From: Candidatus Poribacteria bacterium
Lineage (GTDB): Bacteria; Poribacteria; WGA-4E; WGA-3G
Assembly: GCA_965242965.1 (NCBI GenBank)
Contig: OZ251518.1
Coordinates: 5,472,001-5,536,000 of the forward strand
Length of the DNA stretch: 64,000 bases
Direction of reading: 5' to 3'
A program made the position numbers and the translations under genes. Shown here in pieces: positions 39,314 through 49,298 of this stretch. Numbering within the stretch: position 1 is the stretch's first letter; every line of letters starts with the position of its first letter. The notes beneath the pieces were generated by a model. It was not told the DNA's origin, did no database searches, and saw only the letters and a program-made list of their open reading frames with translations.

Positions 39314-40873
39314 TCATCGCTCTGTCCGAAGTTGAATCAACTTATTGACAGCATGGATGTATGCCTTGGCACTCGCTTCGATAATGTCCGTGCTCGCGCC
39401 AGTGCCGGTGATGATATGTCCATTGTCCTGCACCTTCAGCGAAACCTCGCCGATGGCATCCTCGCCTTCTGTCACCGAACGGATTTGATAGTCGATCAGG
39501 TTCAGTTGGATGTCAACAATCTGTCCGATCGCTTTGAAGGCGGCATCAACCGGTCCGTCGCCGGTAGAGGCGTTCTCAACAACGCCGTCCTCTGTCTTAA
39601 CACCCACAGTAGTCGTAGGCGAGATTTTGGTGCCGCTCACGACCTGGATGTAATCCAATTCAAACACTGAAGGCACGGCGCGGATTTCGTCGCTCATAAT
39701 CGCCTCGAGGTCTGCGTCGTGGACAGCCTTTTTCTTGTCTGCCACCTGCAAGAAGCGTTCATAGACTTTGTCCAGCTGCGCCGGTGGCACCTCATACCCG
39801 AGTTCACTGAGACGATGCTTGAGCGCGTTGCGTCCGGAGCGCGGACTCAGAATCAACTGGCTCTCCTTCCAGCCTATCTCCTTCGGATCGATGATTTCAA
39901 AGGTGACGCGCGACTTAATGATACCGTCCTGATGGATGCCGGAGCTGTGCGCGAATGCATTCGCCCCGACAATCGCCTTGTTTGGTTGCACTGCGATGCC
40001 CATCGTGCGGCTCACGCGCCGACTAATCGGCACGATTTCTTTCGCGTTAATGTCGGTATAGTAGCCTTTGAAATAATCGCGGCGGGTGCGGATTGCCATG
40101 ACAACTTCTTCCAAGGAGGTATTCCCCGCGCGCTCGCCGAGGCCGTTGATAGTGCACTCCACCTGCCGCGCTCCCTGCTCAATAGCCTCAAGACTATTCG
40201 CAACAGCGAGCCCTAAATCGTTGTGGCAGTGAACGCTGATAATCGCATCGTCAATATTCGGGACATGCTTCCTGATGCCCGCGATAAGTTCCCCGAATTC
40301 AGCCGGCACCGTCCAGCCGACGGTTTCCGGAATATTGATAACCGTCGCGCCCGCCGCAATAGTGGCTTCTACGACCTTATAGAGGAACGCCGGTTCGGTG
40401 CGTCCGGCATCCATCGGCGAGAATTCGACGGTGGCATCGGGGTGCCCGGCGCACAAACTCTTCGCGTAAGCGACAGCGTCAACAGCCATCCGCAGTGTAT
40501 CTTCCGGTGTAGTCCGCGTAATGCGTCCCATGTGGATAGGCGAGGTGCCAACGAAGGTATGGATGCGGGCGCGCGGCGCGTCCTGAATCGCTCGCCACGC
40601 CGCCGTGATGTCCTTTTCCACGACGCGGGCGAGCCCGCAAATCTCGGGTCCCGTCACTTCATTGGCGATGCGTTGCACTGCCTCAAAATCGCCTGGCGAG
40701 GAGATAGGAAAGCCTGCCTCGATGACATCGACGTTCAGTTTGGCGAGGTGTTTTGCAATCTCCAGTTTTTCTTCGATTCCCAGTGCGGCACCGGGCGTTT
40801 GCTCGGCATCGCGCAGTGTGGTATCAAAAATGTAAATCTTTTCTTGTGGTTGGTTCTCTTCAAAATTATCCAC
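39314..40873 (-). CDS. leuA: 2-isopropylmalate synthase
   Basis: IFDTTLRDAEQ, HCHNDLG, GLGERAGN, HSSGIHQDG and GDGPVDA motifs; GTG start chosen because the longer ORF is REP-derived. Confidence 0.95.
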   Translation of the reverse strand: MDNFEENQPQEKIYIFDTTLRDAEQTPGAALGIEEKLEIAKHLAKLNVDVIEAGFPISSPGDFEAVQRIANEVTGPEICGLARVVEKDITAAWRAIQDAPRARIHTFVGTSPIHMGRITRTTPEDTLRMAVDAVAYAKSLCAGHPDATVEFSPMDAGRTEPAFLYKVVEATIAAGATVINIPETVGWTVPAEFGELIAGIRKHVPNIDDAIISVHCHNDLGLAVANSLEAIEQGARQVECTINGLGERAGNTSLEEVVMAIRTRRDYFKGYYTDINAKEIVPISRRVSRTMGIAVQPNKAIVGANAFAHSSGIHQDGIIKSRVTFEIIDPKEIGWKESQLILSPRSGRNALKHRLSELGYEVPPAQLDKVYERFLQVADKKKAVHDADLEAIMSDEIRAVPSVFELDYIQVVSGTKISPTTTVGVKTEDGVVENASTGDGPVDAAFKAIGQIVDIQLNLIDYQIRSVTEGEDAIGEVSLKVQDNGHIITGTGASTDIIEASAKAYIHAVNKLIQLRTER

Positions 40874-41154
40874 GAGTTTTTCCTCTTTGTTGTTCGCGAT
40901 GCGGCGGTATTCCGGTAGGCGAGACCTCCCGGTCTCGATGCACACCCGGACCTGAACTACAGGCGGCGCGCACTTGAGCCCTGTAGTTCGGGATCGCCTG
41001 ATCCCGAACGGGTCAAGCCGGTCTGGCAGCATCGAGACCCGGAGGTCTCGCCTACTGGGGATGCATCGAGACTAGGAAGTCTCTCCTACTGGGAGACATC
41101 GAGACCCGGAGGTCTCTCCTACCGGGAAGACATTGCTATATGAAATACCCTCAC

Positions 41155-42171
41155 TTATATCTCCCTGCCGACAGCGATGGCAATCGGTTTCAGTTCCTGC
41201 ATGAGTTGCGTGAACTGGGCTGGGAACAACGACTGCGCGCCATCGCCTGTCATGGAATGGTCCGGATCGTGATGCACTTCTAGCAACAGTCCATCAGCAC
41301 CGGAGGCGACAGAGGCTTTCGTCATATCACTGACGAGGCTCCGGATGCCGGTACCGTGGCTCGGGTCAACGATAATAGGCAGGTGGCTCAATTCATGAAC
41401 AACCGGCACAGCGTTGAGATCGAGCGTGTTGCGGGTGTGCGTCTCAAAGGTGCGGATGCCGCGCTCACACAGAATCACATCCGGGTTCCCTTCGGCGAGG
41501 ATATATTCTGCGGCGAGCAGCCACTCCTCAATCGTTGAAGCCAATCCGCGCTTGAGGATAACAGGCTTCTGCGCTCTGCCTACCTCACGCAGCAAGTAGA
41601 AATTCGTCATATTCCGGGTCCCCAGTTGGAACACGTCTGTCCATTCCCCGACGAGCTCCACTTCGTGCGGTGTCATCACTTCGGTGACGATACTCAACCC
41701 AGTTTCCTCTTTAGCGGCATTGAGCATCTGCAGCGCGCTTTTGCCGTAGCCTTGGAAACTATAGGGGCCAGTGCGCGGTTTGAATGCGCCGCCGCGGATA
41801 AAAGACGCACCCGCGTCCTTCACCAATCTCGCGATGGTGACAATCTGTTCGGTGCTCTCCACGGCACACGGGCCGGCGATGACAGGGAGCTGTCTCCCAC
41901 CAAACTTCGTGCCGTTGACAGCGATGATAGTGGGTTCCTCCCGAAACTGGCGGCTCGCCAATTTAAACGGAGCGGTGATGGGCATCGTCCGTTCAACACC
42001 GGACATTGACTCGATTGGAATGTCGCCGAGTCGCGATTTATCGCCGATGACACCGATGACGGTGTGCTGTTCGCCGGTTGAGATTTGCGCTTTCAACCCC
42101 GCTGCCTCGATGCGTTTGACAACTGCGCCGATTTGTTCCTCTGTTGCATCTGTCGTGGTAACGATTACCAT
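41155..42171 (-). CDS. aroF: DAHP synthase type I-beta with N-terminal ACT-like domain
   Basis: [28 protein letters not shown] and VDPSHGTG motifs. Confidence 0.93.
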   Translation of the reverse strand: MVIVTTTDATEEQIGAVVKRIEAAGLKAQISTGEQHTVIGVIGDKSRLGDIPIESMSGVERTMPITAPFKLASRQFREEPTIIAVNGTKFGGRQLPVIAGPCAVESTEQIVTIARLVKDAGASFIRGGAFKPRTGPYSFQGYGKSALQMLNAAKEETGLSIVTEVMTPHEVELVGEWTDVFQLGTRNMTNFYLLREVGRAQKPVILKRGLASTIEEWLLAAEYILAEGNPDVILCERGIRTFETHTRNTLDLNAVPVVHELSHLPIIVDPSHGTGIRSLVSDMTKASVASGADGLLLEVHHDPDHSMTGDGAQSLFPAQFTQLMQELKPIAIAVGREI

Positions 42172-42234
42172 GATTTCCAATTTCCCTTTTTCGTCTTTCG
42201 CAATGCGTGGCTCCGCGCCACGCGTCCTTCCGTT

Positions 42235-42274
42235 AAAAAAAATACCCAACATCGAACGGATTTCGACGTTGGGT
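42235..42274 (-). terminator. intrinsic terminator in the aroF leader (attenuator)
   Basis: ACCCAACGTCGAA-ATCCG-TTCGATGTTGGGT-A-T8 on the minus strand. Confidence 0.8.
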
Positions 42275-42311
42275 GGTAGGATATGGGATCGGTTAAAACA
42301 AAACATCGTTG

Positions 42312-42473
42312 CTAACGAACCTGACACCACCCGCGGTCGAGGCAGAAATAGAGATACACCCCGAACGTCCGGAGCGTCAAGGCGTAAGTATAGCTGCACC
42401 GTAAAGAGACAGACGCGCGCTGTCCCCGGGCTGCCTGTGCAGTTAAAGTGGTGGTGTTTTCAAACGTTTGCAT
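42312..42473 (-). CDS. putative 53-aa attenuator leader peptide
   Basis: MQTFENTTTLTAQAARGQRASVSLRCSYTYALTLRTFGVYLYFCLDRGWCQVR; aromatic residues cluster near the stop. Confidence 0.55.
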   Translation of the reverse strand: MQTFENTTTLTAQAARGQRASVSLRCSYTYALTLRTFGVYLYFCLDRGWCQVR

Positions 42474-42573
42474 CGTTCAAATCCCAATTCTTGCGGTTAT
42501 CCAGCAATACCGCTGTTCTTTTGCATATTTAGACGTTCACAGCGGCAAAGCGTTTAAAAAAATCTGATAATAT

Positions 42574-42602
42574 ATAATACCACAATTTCAGGCAAAAGTC
42601 AA
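42574..42602 (-). promoter_or_regulatory. sigma70 promoter of aroF-leuA
   Basis: TTGACT, 17 nt, (TGG)TATTAT. Confidence 0.65.
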
Positions 42603-42629
42603 ATTCTTTTTTTCCAGAGCGATTTAATC

Positions 42630-42919
42630 GAGAGTGTTTCAGAACTCCGTTTCGGTATTTATCCTCCCCTAGGGGATGGGCAAATACCGATAGAAAAGCG
42701 AGGGGAGGGTGCCGCGCATCGGGCCCACCTCTGTAGTTCGGGAGCGCCCGCTCCCGAACGGGTCAGGATCAGGCGATCCTGACCTACAGGCGTGATGCGG
42801 TCTGCCAGCCAAACGCATGGCGAGGGACAGGCCCTCGCCCTACGGTAACCCGGGCCGTTTTTTTCATCGTAGCGCGGGGGCCTGTCCCCGCGACGTTGAG
42901 CGATTTATGAAACACCCTC
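42630..42919. mobile_element. MITE-like element with 8-bp target duplication ATTTAATC
   Basis: GAGAGTGTTTCAGA / TATGAAACACCCTC ends; ATTTAATC at 42622-42629 and 42920-42927. Confidence 0.85.
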
Positions 42920-42968
42920 ATTTAATCGAGACCGGGAGGTCTCTCCTACCCGGGAGCGCAGACGACGC

Positions 42969-44411
42969 TCAATAAACGATTTTTCCATCAATTTGAGACA
43001 TATCCCCTAAATCGTGCCCACACAAATTCAGGACAGTAGGGAAAACATCGACGGATCGGATGCATGTCTCGGCAATCGGAACGTTCATCGCGAGGGGGAT
43101 GTGCAGATGCTCAGCGAGCAAGGCACCGTGTGTCGCGTGATGCGCCGGGATTTCATAACGGGCGCGTAAGTCATAGCCGCTCTCCGCACTTAAAACCAGG
43201 TCTCCGGCGCGGGCACTCTGAAAAATCTGCCACAACTGAACGATAGCATCCGGATAAGCGGTATCGTAAGTCTGGCGTAGGAGCTCGCGCGAAGATTTGT
43301 TATCGTAACAAACGCCGTATCCGAGCGGGTCCTTCTGCTCAAACCGGTAGGAAAACCGGTCCGCTTGGCAAGTTATCTTCCCCTTCCCACATCGGTTTTG
43401 AACGACGATGCTTCCGTCTCTGCCTTGCCCGGCGACGAGAGCCAATCCCTCCAACTCCAAGAGTGCTTCAACGACACCGATTTGCTGTAGGTGTTCAAAA
43501 GGCGTGCGTTCTCCCCAGCCAGCACCCTCGTTTTTGAAGTAGAGATGCGTCATTCCGTTGCCGGATACCATGCTCGCGCTTGTGGCACCGCGTCGCCATA
43601 GACGTGGATAATGCAGGCATCGCCAGCCTCCATCGTCAAGTTGTTTCACGACATCAATGTGGGTGTGCGTGTTCGTCATACCGTGGTCGCTTGAAATGAG
43701 GATGAGCGTTTCATCAAACGCATGCGTCTTTTGCAACGTATCAACGAGTTGCCCAACGGCGGCATCTATTTCTCGATATGTCTCAATCACCCGCGGCGAT
43801 TGCGTATGCGAGAGGTGCGAGAAAGTATCCACTGCCGGGAAGAGACACATCACAAACCGGTCCCCGGCTTCTACGGCTGCGTGGAGGTGGCGGCGCGCAA
43901 TCTGATTGACGAACCGCCATTTGTGCGAAAAATGGGCATAGGTATAAGCGAACGGCTTCACCCATCGCGTCAGGTTTTTGGCAGGCGGGCACCCACGCGC
44001 GAGCGGATTGTAAATGTTGCTGACCGGGGAGAAGAAGTTGAACAGTGTCGGACTCCCCGGAAGATCAGCCTCGAAATCCAACGCGTCAAGTCCCATGTAA
44101 CTGCAAACACCCGGGCGTTTGAACCGATGCGGGTTCTGAAATTCGGTTTTAGACAGCCAGCGGATGCCGGGTATGTTCGCCGTTCCCGGAAACAGCCCCA
44201 TAAAGAACGGTGTGAAGGCGGGACCGGTTGTCGAGGGAAAGACAGAAACCGCTTTTTTGAGGCACCCGCGCGCAATCACGTATTTCTTGATGTTCGGCAG
44301 TGTCCCGTTTTCTACCAATTCCTTGAAAATTGTATAAGGCGCGCCATCGATCAAGATAAAGATGAACCGTTTGAAAGGCGTTTTGGTTGATTCCATAAAG
44401 TCCCGCTTCAT
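42969..44411 (-). CDS. type I phosphodiesterase/nucleotide pyrophosphatase family protein
   Basis: ILIDG, SVFPSTTGPA, DTFSH, SSDHG and ATHG motifs; ATGA overlap with tyrS. Confidence 0.8.
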   Translation of the reverse strand: MKRDFMESTKTPFKRFIFILIDGAPYTIFKELVENGTLPNIKKYVIARGCLKKAVSVFPSTTGPAFTPFFMGLFPGTANIPGIRWLSKTEFQNPHRFKRPGVCSYMGLDALDFEADLPGSPTLFNFFSPVSNIYNPLARGCPPAKNLTRWVKPFAYTYAHFSHKWRFVNQIARRHLHAAVEAGDRFVMCLFPAVDTFSHLSHTQSPRVIETYREIDAAVGQLVDTLQKTHAFDETLILISSDHGMTNTHTHIDVVKQLDDGGWRCLHYPRLWRRGATSASMVSGNGMTHLYFKNEGAGWGERTPFEHLQQIGVVEALLELEGLALVAGQGRDGSIVVQNRCGKGKITCQADRFSYRFEQKDPLGYGVCYDNKSSRELLRQTYDTAYPDAIVQLWQIFQSARAGDLVLSAESGYDLRARYEIPAHHATHGALLAEHLHIPLAMNVPIAETCIRSVDVFPTVLNLCGHDLGDMSQIDGKIVY

Positions 44412-45679
44412 TCAAACACGACGCGATGGTAACGTTTTTTGCCGGCACGGAGACGCAGCGCGTTGTCCTCAAGTAGCGTTGCATCGACAACGGTGTCAAT
44501 GGCGCGATACTGCTTTTCGTTGATGTATGCACCACCTTGCTGGATGAGCCGTCGCGCTTCACTCCGCGAACTCGCCAGACCGGCTCCATGGAATAACTCC
44601 ATGATAGGGATACCGGCGTGAATGCGTTCAGCCGGGAGAGTGGAGGTTGGCATTGCCTCCAGTTCTTCGCCTCCGCCTCCGAATGCGGCGCGCGATGCCG
44701 CCCGCGCTTTATTCGCCGCCGTTTTCCCGTGCGCGAGTGTCGTCGCTTCGTATGCGAGGACCGCCTTTGCCTCCCGAATCGCCTCGTGCTCCAAACCGCC
44801 GAGCCGCCGCACTTCGTCCATCGGCAGAAAGGTGAAACAGGCTAAGAACCGCTCCACATCCCTGTCATCGGTGTTAATCCAGTATTGATAAAATTCGTAA
44901 GGCGATGTTTTGTTTGCATCGAGCCAGACTGCGCCGCCCGCGGTTTTTCCCATTTTCGCGCCGCCCGCTGTCGTGAGCAAAGGGAAGGTGAGCGCGTGCA
45001 CCCGTTCGCCTTCAAGCCGACGGACCAGGGCTACCCCGGCGAGGATGTTGCTCCACTGGTCATCGCCGCCGATTTGGAGGACGCATCCGTACCGCTGATA
45101 GAGACACAAGAAGTCGTAAGCTTGGAGCAGTTGATAGTTGAATTCTAGGAACGAGAGTCCCTCTTCGCGTTCCAGGCGTTGGCGATACGCTTCGGCACGG
45201 ATCATTTCGTTGACCCGGAAGTGCCTGCCGATATCGCGCAGAAAGTCAAGATAGTTCAACGGCAGCAACCACTCCGCATTATCCAGAAACAGTCCGTCAG
45301 AGCTATCTGTGTCAGGGTTGTCCGTGTCATGTGTTGGCGCGTCAAGTTTGACATACCGCTGGAGTTGTCCCAAGATGCTTGCGCCGTTCGCCGCGATTTG
45401 TTCGCGCGGCAGCAACTGACGCATCTCTGTCTTATCGCTCGGGTCGCCTATCATCGTCGTCCCGCCGCCGATGATAGCGATAGGTTGATGTCCGGCGCGT
45501 TGCAGGTGCGCCATCGCCATTATCGGCACGAGGCTCCCTACATGCAGGCTATCAGCTGTCGGATCGAAGCCGACGTAGTAGGTTATCTGTTTTTCGGCAA
45601 GCAGTTGCGCGATGTTTTCTTCATGCGTGCATTGCTGGACGAATCCCCGTTCCTTGAGGGTATTAAAAACATTATCCAC
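44408..45679 (-). CDS. tyrS: tyrosyl-tRNA synthetase
   Basis: GFDPTADSLHVG, YQLLQAYDF, QIGGDDQW and KMGKT motifs; S4 tail. Confidence 0.97.
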   Translation of the reverse strand: MDNVFNTLKERGFVQQCTHEENIAQLLAEKQITYYVGFDPTADSLHVGSLVPIMAMAHLQRAGHQPIAIIGGGTTMIGDPSDKTEMRQLLPREQIAANGASILGQLQRYVKLDAPTHDTDNPDTDSSDGLFLDNAEWLLPLNYLDFLRDIGRHFRVNEMIRAEAYRQRLEREEGLSFLEFNYQLLQAYDFLCLYQRYGCVLQIGGDDQWSNILAGVALVRRLEGERVHALTFPLLTTAGGAKMGKTAGGAVWLDANKTSPYEFYQYWINTDDRDVERFLACFTFLPMDEVRRLGGLEHEAIREAKAVLAYEATTLAHGKTAANKARAASRAAFGGGGEELEAMPTSTLPAERIHAGIPIMELFHGAGLASSRSEARRLIQQGGAYINEKQYRAIDTVVDATLLEDNALRLRAGKKRYHRVVFE

Positions 45680-45822
45680 TTTTGGTTCCTTTTTTCTAAC
45701 GATGGTATTTTTTTCGGGGTGCTCTCCCTCTGGTAGGAGAGACCTCCTGGTCTCGATGCCTCCTAGTAGGAGAGACTTCCTGGTCTCGATGCCTTCCGGT
45801 AGAATGTTCTCCCTATTTTAGT

Positions 45823-46124
45823 GTAGGGGTTTCATAAATCGCTCAACGTCGCGGTGACATGCCCCGCGCTACGGTGAAAAAAACACCACCCTCCACGTAG
45901 GGCGAGGGCCTGTCCCTCGCCATCGTTCATGCACCAGACCCCCTCCCCTCTGTAGGTCAAGAGCGCCTGCTCTTGACCCGTTCGGGAGCGGGCGCTCCCG
46001 AACTACAGATGGGTGCGCAAATCGTTCGCGCACCCCAACGATCGCGGGGGACAGGCCCCCGCGCTACGGAAAATCAAGACCAGAAGTCTCTCCTATCGAA
46101 TGCATCAAAATATAAAACACCCTC
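45823..46124. mobile_element. MITE-like element with 8-bp target duplication ATTTTAGT
   Basis: Degenerate ends GTAGGGGTTTCATA / TATAAAACACCCTC; ATTTTAGT at 45815-45822 and 46125-46132. Confidence 0.8.
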
Positions 46125-46129
46125 ATTTT

Positions 46130-46159
46130 AGTATATCATAAACGGAATGGGTTTGTCAA
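46130..46159 (-). promoter_or_regulatory. sigma70 promoter of tyrS
   Basis: TTGACA, 18 nt, (TGA)TATACT. Confidence 0.6.
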
Positions 46160-46248
46160 ATTATTGTTTGAAGCAGGATTTCTAGGCTTGACAATTGCTA
46201 GACGCTTGTGATAAAATTAAAAAAACTTCAAAGATAGGGGGAAACAAC

Positions 46249-46626
46249 ATGGCTGAAGAAAACGGAAACAACACGATTGCGACTGAAACAGCACCGCCGA
46301 TGCAGGCAGAGAGTTGCATAATTATCAACGCCGCACAGGTGCAGTCTATGGATATTGGACAGCAGTTTACGCGGGTCAAAACCGATAACGGGTGGCGCAT
46401 TCAGTTGAAGGCACAGGCACGCGTGACTGTCAACTTCATCACAAGCATGCGGAAATTTGAGACGACACTCCTGCAGGACGATACCATTGAACGTGATGGC
46501 GATGACATCGTCCTGCTGCGCAACCAACCGGCGGACGCGTATCGCACGCAACGCGGGACTTCGTCGCTAGCGAGAGCTCCCGAGAAGCCCCTCATCTCGG
46601 ATCCGCCGATTGAACGGACGATTTAG
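46249..46626 (+). CDS. hypothetical protein
   Basis: ORF with AGGGGG RBS and an upstream TTGACA..TAAAAT promoter-like motif. Confidence 0.6.
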   Translation: MAEENGNNTIATETAPPMQAESCIIINAAQVQSMDIGQQFTRVKTDNGWRIQLKAQARVTVNFITSMRKFETTLLQDDTIERDGDDIVLLRNQPADAYRTQRGTSSLARAPEKPLISDPPIERTI

Positions 46627-46658
46627 CCGCAGCAAAACCGACTGCGACAGAGGTTCAC

Positions 46659-47180
46659 GTGGTATTAGAACGCATCTATCGGCTCCTCTCTAGTTTGAAA
46701 GGCGGAACGATGATTCCGACAGAAGTGGTGCTGAGCCCAGAAAGTTACGCATGCATTGCCTCGGCACTTTCTGAAACCCGCCAGTCCGACAGCATCACCG
46801 AATCGCAAGTGGCACTGCATCTCGGCTTGGATGTTACTGTTCGCGAGAGAAATACGGACGCTCTCATCGTAAAGGAGCTGGTCCCGAACCCGTGCCCGGT
46901 CTGCCACCGTCAGTTGACATTCCTCCGGGAGGCGATTGCGCGTTTTGAGGACGATGGCAGGAGCCTCATCCGTTGCCAGATGGGGCATCGTTATCGGGGA
47001 CAACTGCGAGTCTTCCAGATTAGCATTAGGGAAGGGGTGCGCGAGACAGAAAAGTCGGTGAAAATTTGCCCAGAGTGTGGCAGCGAGAGTATCCAATATC
47101 TGGGCCCGACAGAGATGCTGTGCCTTGATTGTGATTGGGATAGCGGGTTGGAAGCGCGGTTTCAGCCGCGTGCGCGGTAG
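46659..47180 (+). CDS. hypothetical protein with zinc-ribbon motifs
   Basis: CPVC, CQMGH, CPEC and CLDC motifs. Confidence 0.6.
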   Translation: MVLERIYRLLSSLKGGTMIPTEVVLSPESYACIASALSETRQSDSITESQVALHLGLDVTVRERNTDALIVKELVPNPCPVCHRQLTFLREAIARFEDDGRSLIRCQMGHRYRGQLRVFQISIREGVRETEKSVKICPECGSESIQYLGPTEMLCLDCDWDSGLEARFQPRAR

Positions 47181-47216
47181 GCGCGTTTTCAAAACGCGCC
47201 TATCCGCGTCCTTCAT

Positions 47217-48851
47217 CTAATGGAAATGCCCCGCGTGCGGGTCGGCGGCTTCGCCAAGTTCCGGCGGTTCCTCAATATCGGTAATCAAGCTCTCTGTCGT
47301 TAACAGCAAGCCTGCGATACTTGAGGCATTCTGTAACGCGGAGCGGACGACTTTGGTTGGATCGACGATACCGCCTTCAATCATGTCGCCGTATTCGCAT
47401 GTCGCGGCGTTGAACCCGAAATTGCCTTCGCCTTCTTGGACGGCTGCAACGACAACGGGGCCTTCTTCGCCTGCATTTTCGGCGATGGCACGGACAGGGG
47501 AAAGCAAAGTGCTTCGGACAATGTTAAGTCCTGTCCCCTGGTCTGCCTCTAATTCCAATGCGTCCAGTGCTGCGGCTGCGCGCAAGAGCGCGACACCGCC
47601 GCCGGGGACTATGCCTTCCTCAATCGCGGCACGCGTTGCGGCGAGTGCATCCTCAAACCGCGCCTTCTTCTCTTTCATCTCCACTTCCGTTGCTGCACCG
47701 ACGTTGACTACGGCGACACCACCGGCGAGTTTGGCGAGGCGTTCCTCCAACTTCTCTCTATCGTATTCGGAGGTAGTCTCCTCGATTTGCGTGCGGATCT
47801 GCGCGACTCTGCCGTCAACGTTCTCTTTCGCGCCGTTGCCGCCGACGATCGTCGTGTTGTCCTTGTCAATCACAACGCGCCGCGCTGTGCCTAACATGCC
47901 GACGACGATGTTCTCCAAACGAATGCCGGTTTCCTCGGAGATGACCTGGCCGCCAGTCAGCACGGCGATGTCTTCCAGCATCTCCTTGCGCCTGTCCCCG
48001 AAGCCGGGTGCCTTCACCGCCGCCGCCAGCATCGTGCCGCGGAGCCTGTTTACCACCAAAGTGGACAAGGCTTCGCCTTCCACATCCTCAGCGATAATCA
48101 GCAGGGGCCGCCCGAGCTGCATCACCTTTTCCAGAATCGGGACAAGCGTCTGCACCGCGCTGATTTTCTCGGTGTTAATCAGAATGTAGGGGTTCTCAAG
48201 TTCCACCACTTGTTCCTGCAGGTCTGTCACAAAGTTAGGTGACAGGAAGCCGCGGTCAAACTGCATCCCTTCAACGACATCCACGACGGTTTCCGAGGTT
48301 TTCCCTTCCTCAATGGTGATAGCACCGTCATTGCCGACTTTATCAAGTGCTTCGGCGACGATTGTGCCGATGTCGCTGTCGTTGGCCGGGTCATTCGCGG
48401 CGATGGATGCCACCTGTAGGATTTCTTCGTGCGTGTTCACGGCGCGGCTTTGCGCGGTGATGGCATCCACGGCGGCGACGACAGCCTTGTCAATGCCGAT
48501 TTTCAGCTGCATCGGATCTGCACCGGCGGTGACGTTCTTAAGGCCCTCGTGCAGGATTTCCTGTCCCAACAGCGTGGCGGTAGTCGTCCCATCACCGGCA
48601 ATATCGTTTGTTTTGGTTGCGATGGATTCCAACAACTGGGCACCCATGTTTTCATAAGGGTCTTCCAGTTCAATTTCTTTTGCTACGGTGACACCATCGC
48701 ATGTGACAAGCGGCGCGCCGAACGACTTCTGAATGACGACGTTCCTGCCGCGCGGGCCAAGCGTGACCTTCACGGCGTTGGCGAGGGTATCCGCGCCTCG
48801 CTTAAGCGCAACTCTCGCCTCTTCGTCAAAGATAATTTGCTTTGCAGGCAT
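47217..48851 (-). CDS. groL: chaperonin GroEL
   Basis: [27 protein letters not shown] and KAPGFGDRR motifs. Confidence 0.97.
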   Translation of the reverse strand: MPAKQIIFDEEARVALKRGADTLANAVKVTLGPRGRNVVIQKSFGAPLVTCDGVTVAKEIELEDPYENMGAQLLESIATKTNDIAGDGTTTATLLGQEILHEGLKNVTAGADPMQLKIGIDKAVVAAVDAITAQSRAVNTHEEILQVASIAANDPANDSDIGTIVAEALDKVGNDGAITIEEGKTSETVVDVVEGMQFDRGFLSPNFVTDLQEQVVELENPYILINTEKISAVQTLVPILEKVMQLGRPLLIIAEDVEGEALSTLVVNRLRGTMLAAAVKAPGFGDRRKEMLEDIAVLTGGQVISEETGIRLENIVVGMLGTARRVVIDKDNTTIVGGNGAKENVDGRVAQIRTQIEETTSEYDREKLEERLAKLAGGVAVVNVGAATEVEMKEKKARFEDALAATRAAIEEGIVPGGGVALLRAAAALDALELEADQGTGLNIVRSTLLSPVRAIAENAGEEGPVVVAAVQEGEGNFGFNAATCEYGDMIEGGIVDPTKVVRSALQNASSIAGLLLTTESLITDIEEPPELGEAADPHAGHFH

Positions 48852-49298
48852 TGCGTTCCTCCTCTATCGGTTTGAAACGGGTTTGCATTTGAATGCTATA
48901 GAATATGTTTAATTATACCACGTCTTGTGATTAAAGTCAAATTTTCGCGCGGAGAAATAGAATGATTGAGTTTTTCGTTTTCCACGGCATGCGTTTTGCT
49001 GTCAGACCGCGTCACTCCTGTAGGTCAGGATCGTCTGAAGCTCTGGCATCTTTGCCAAGTGATCCTGACCTGTTCGGGAGCAGGTGCTCCCGAACTACAG
49101 AGGTGGGCCCGATGCCTTTCGGTATTCGCCCTCCCTCCACGGCCGAATAAATACCGAAACGGAGTTATGAAATACCCTCATTTAGTTTTCTGTTTTCCTC
49201 GGCATGGCGAGGGACAGGCCCTCGCCCTACGGTAAGCGGAGAAATAGAACGATTTAGTTTTCCATTTTCCATGGCATGGCGAGGGACAGGCCCTCGCC

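Noticed and set aside
40874-42399. Long N-terminal extensions of LeuA and AroF in the ORF track
   Set aside because: They run through REP DNA or the attenuator; better starts exist at 40873 and 42171.
45680-46130. T-box riboswitch upstream of tyrS
   Set aside because: No T-box consensus recognised; the region is REP and MITE sequence.
48852-48960. CIRCE operator upstream of groEL
   Set aside because: No TTAGCACTC-N9-GAGTGCTAA match.
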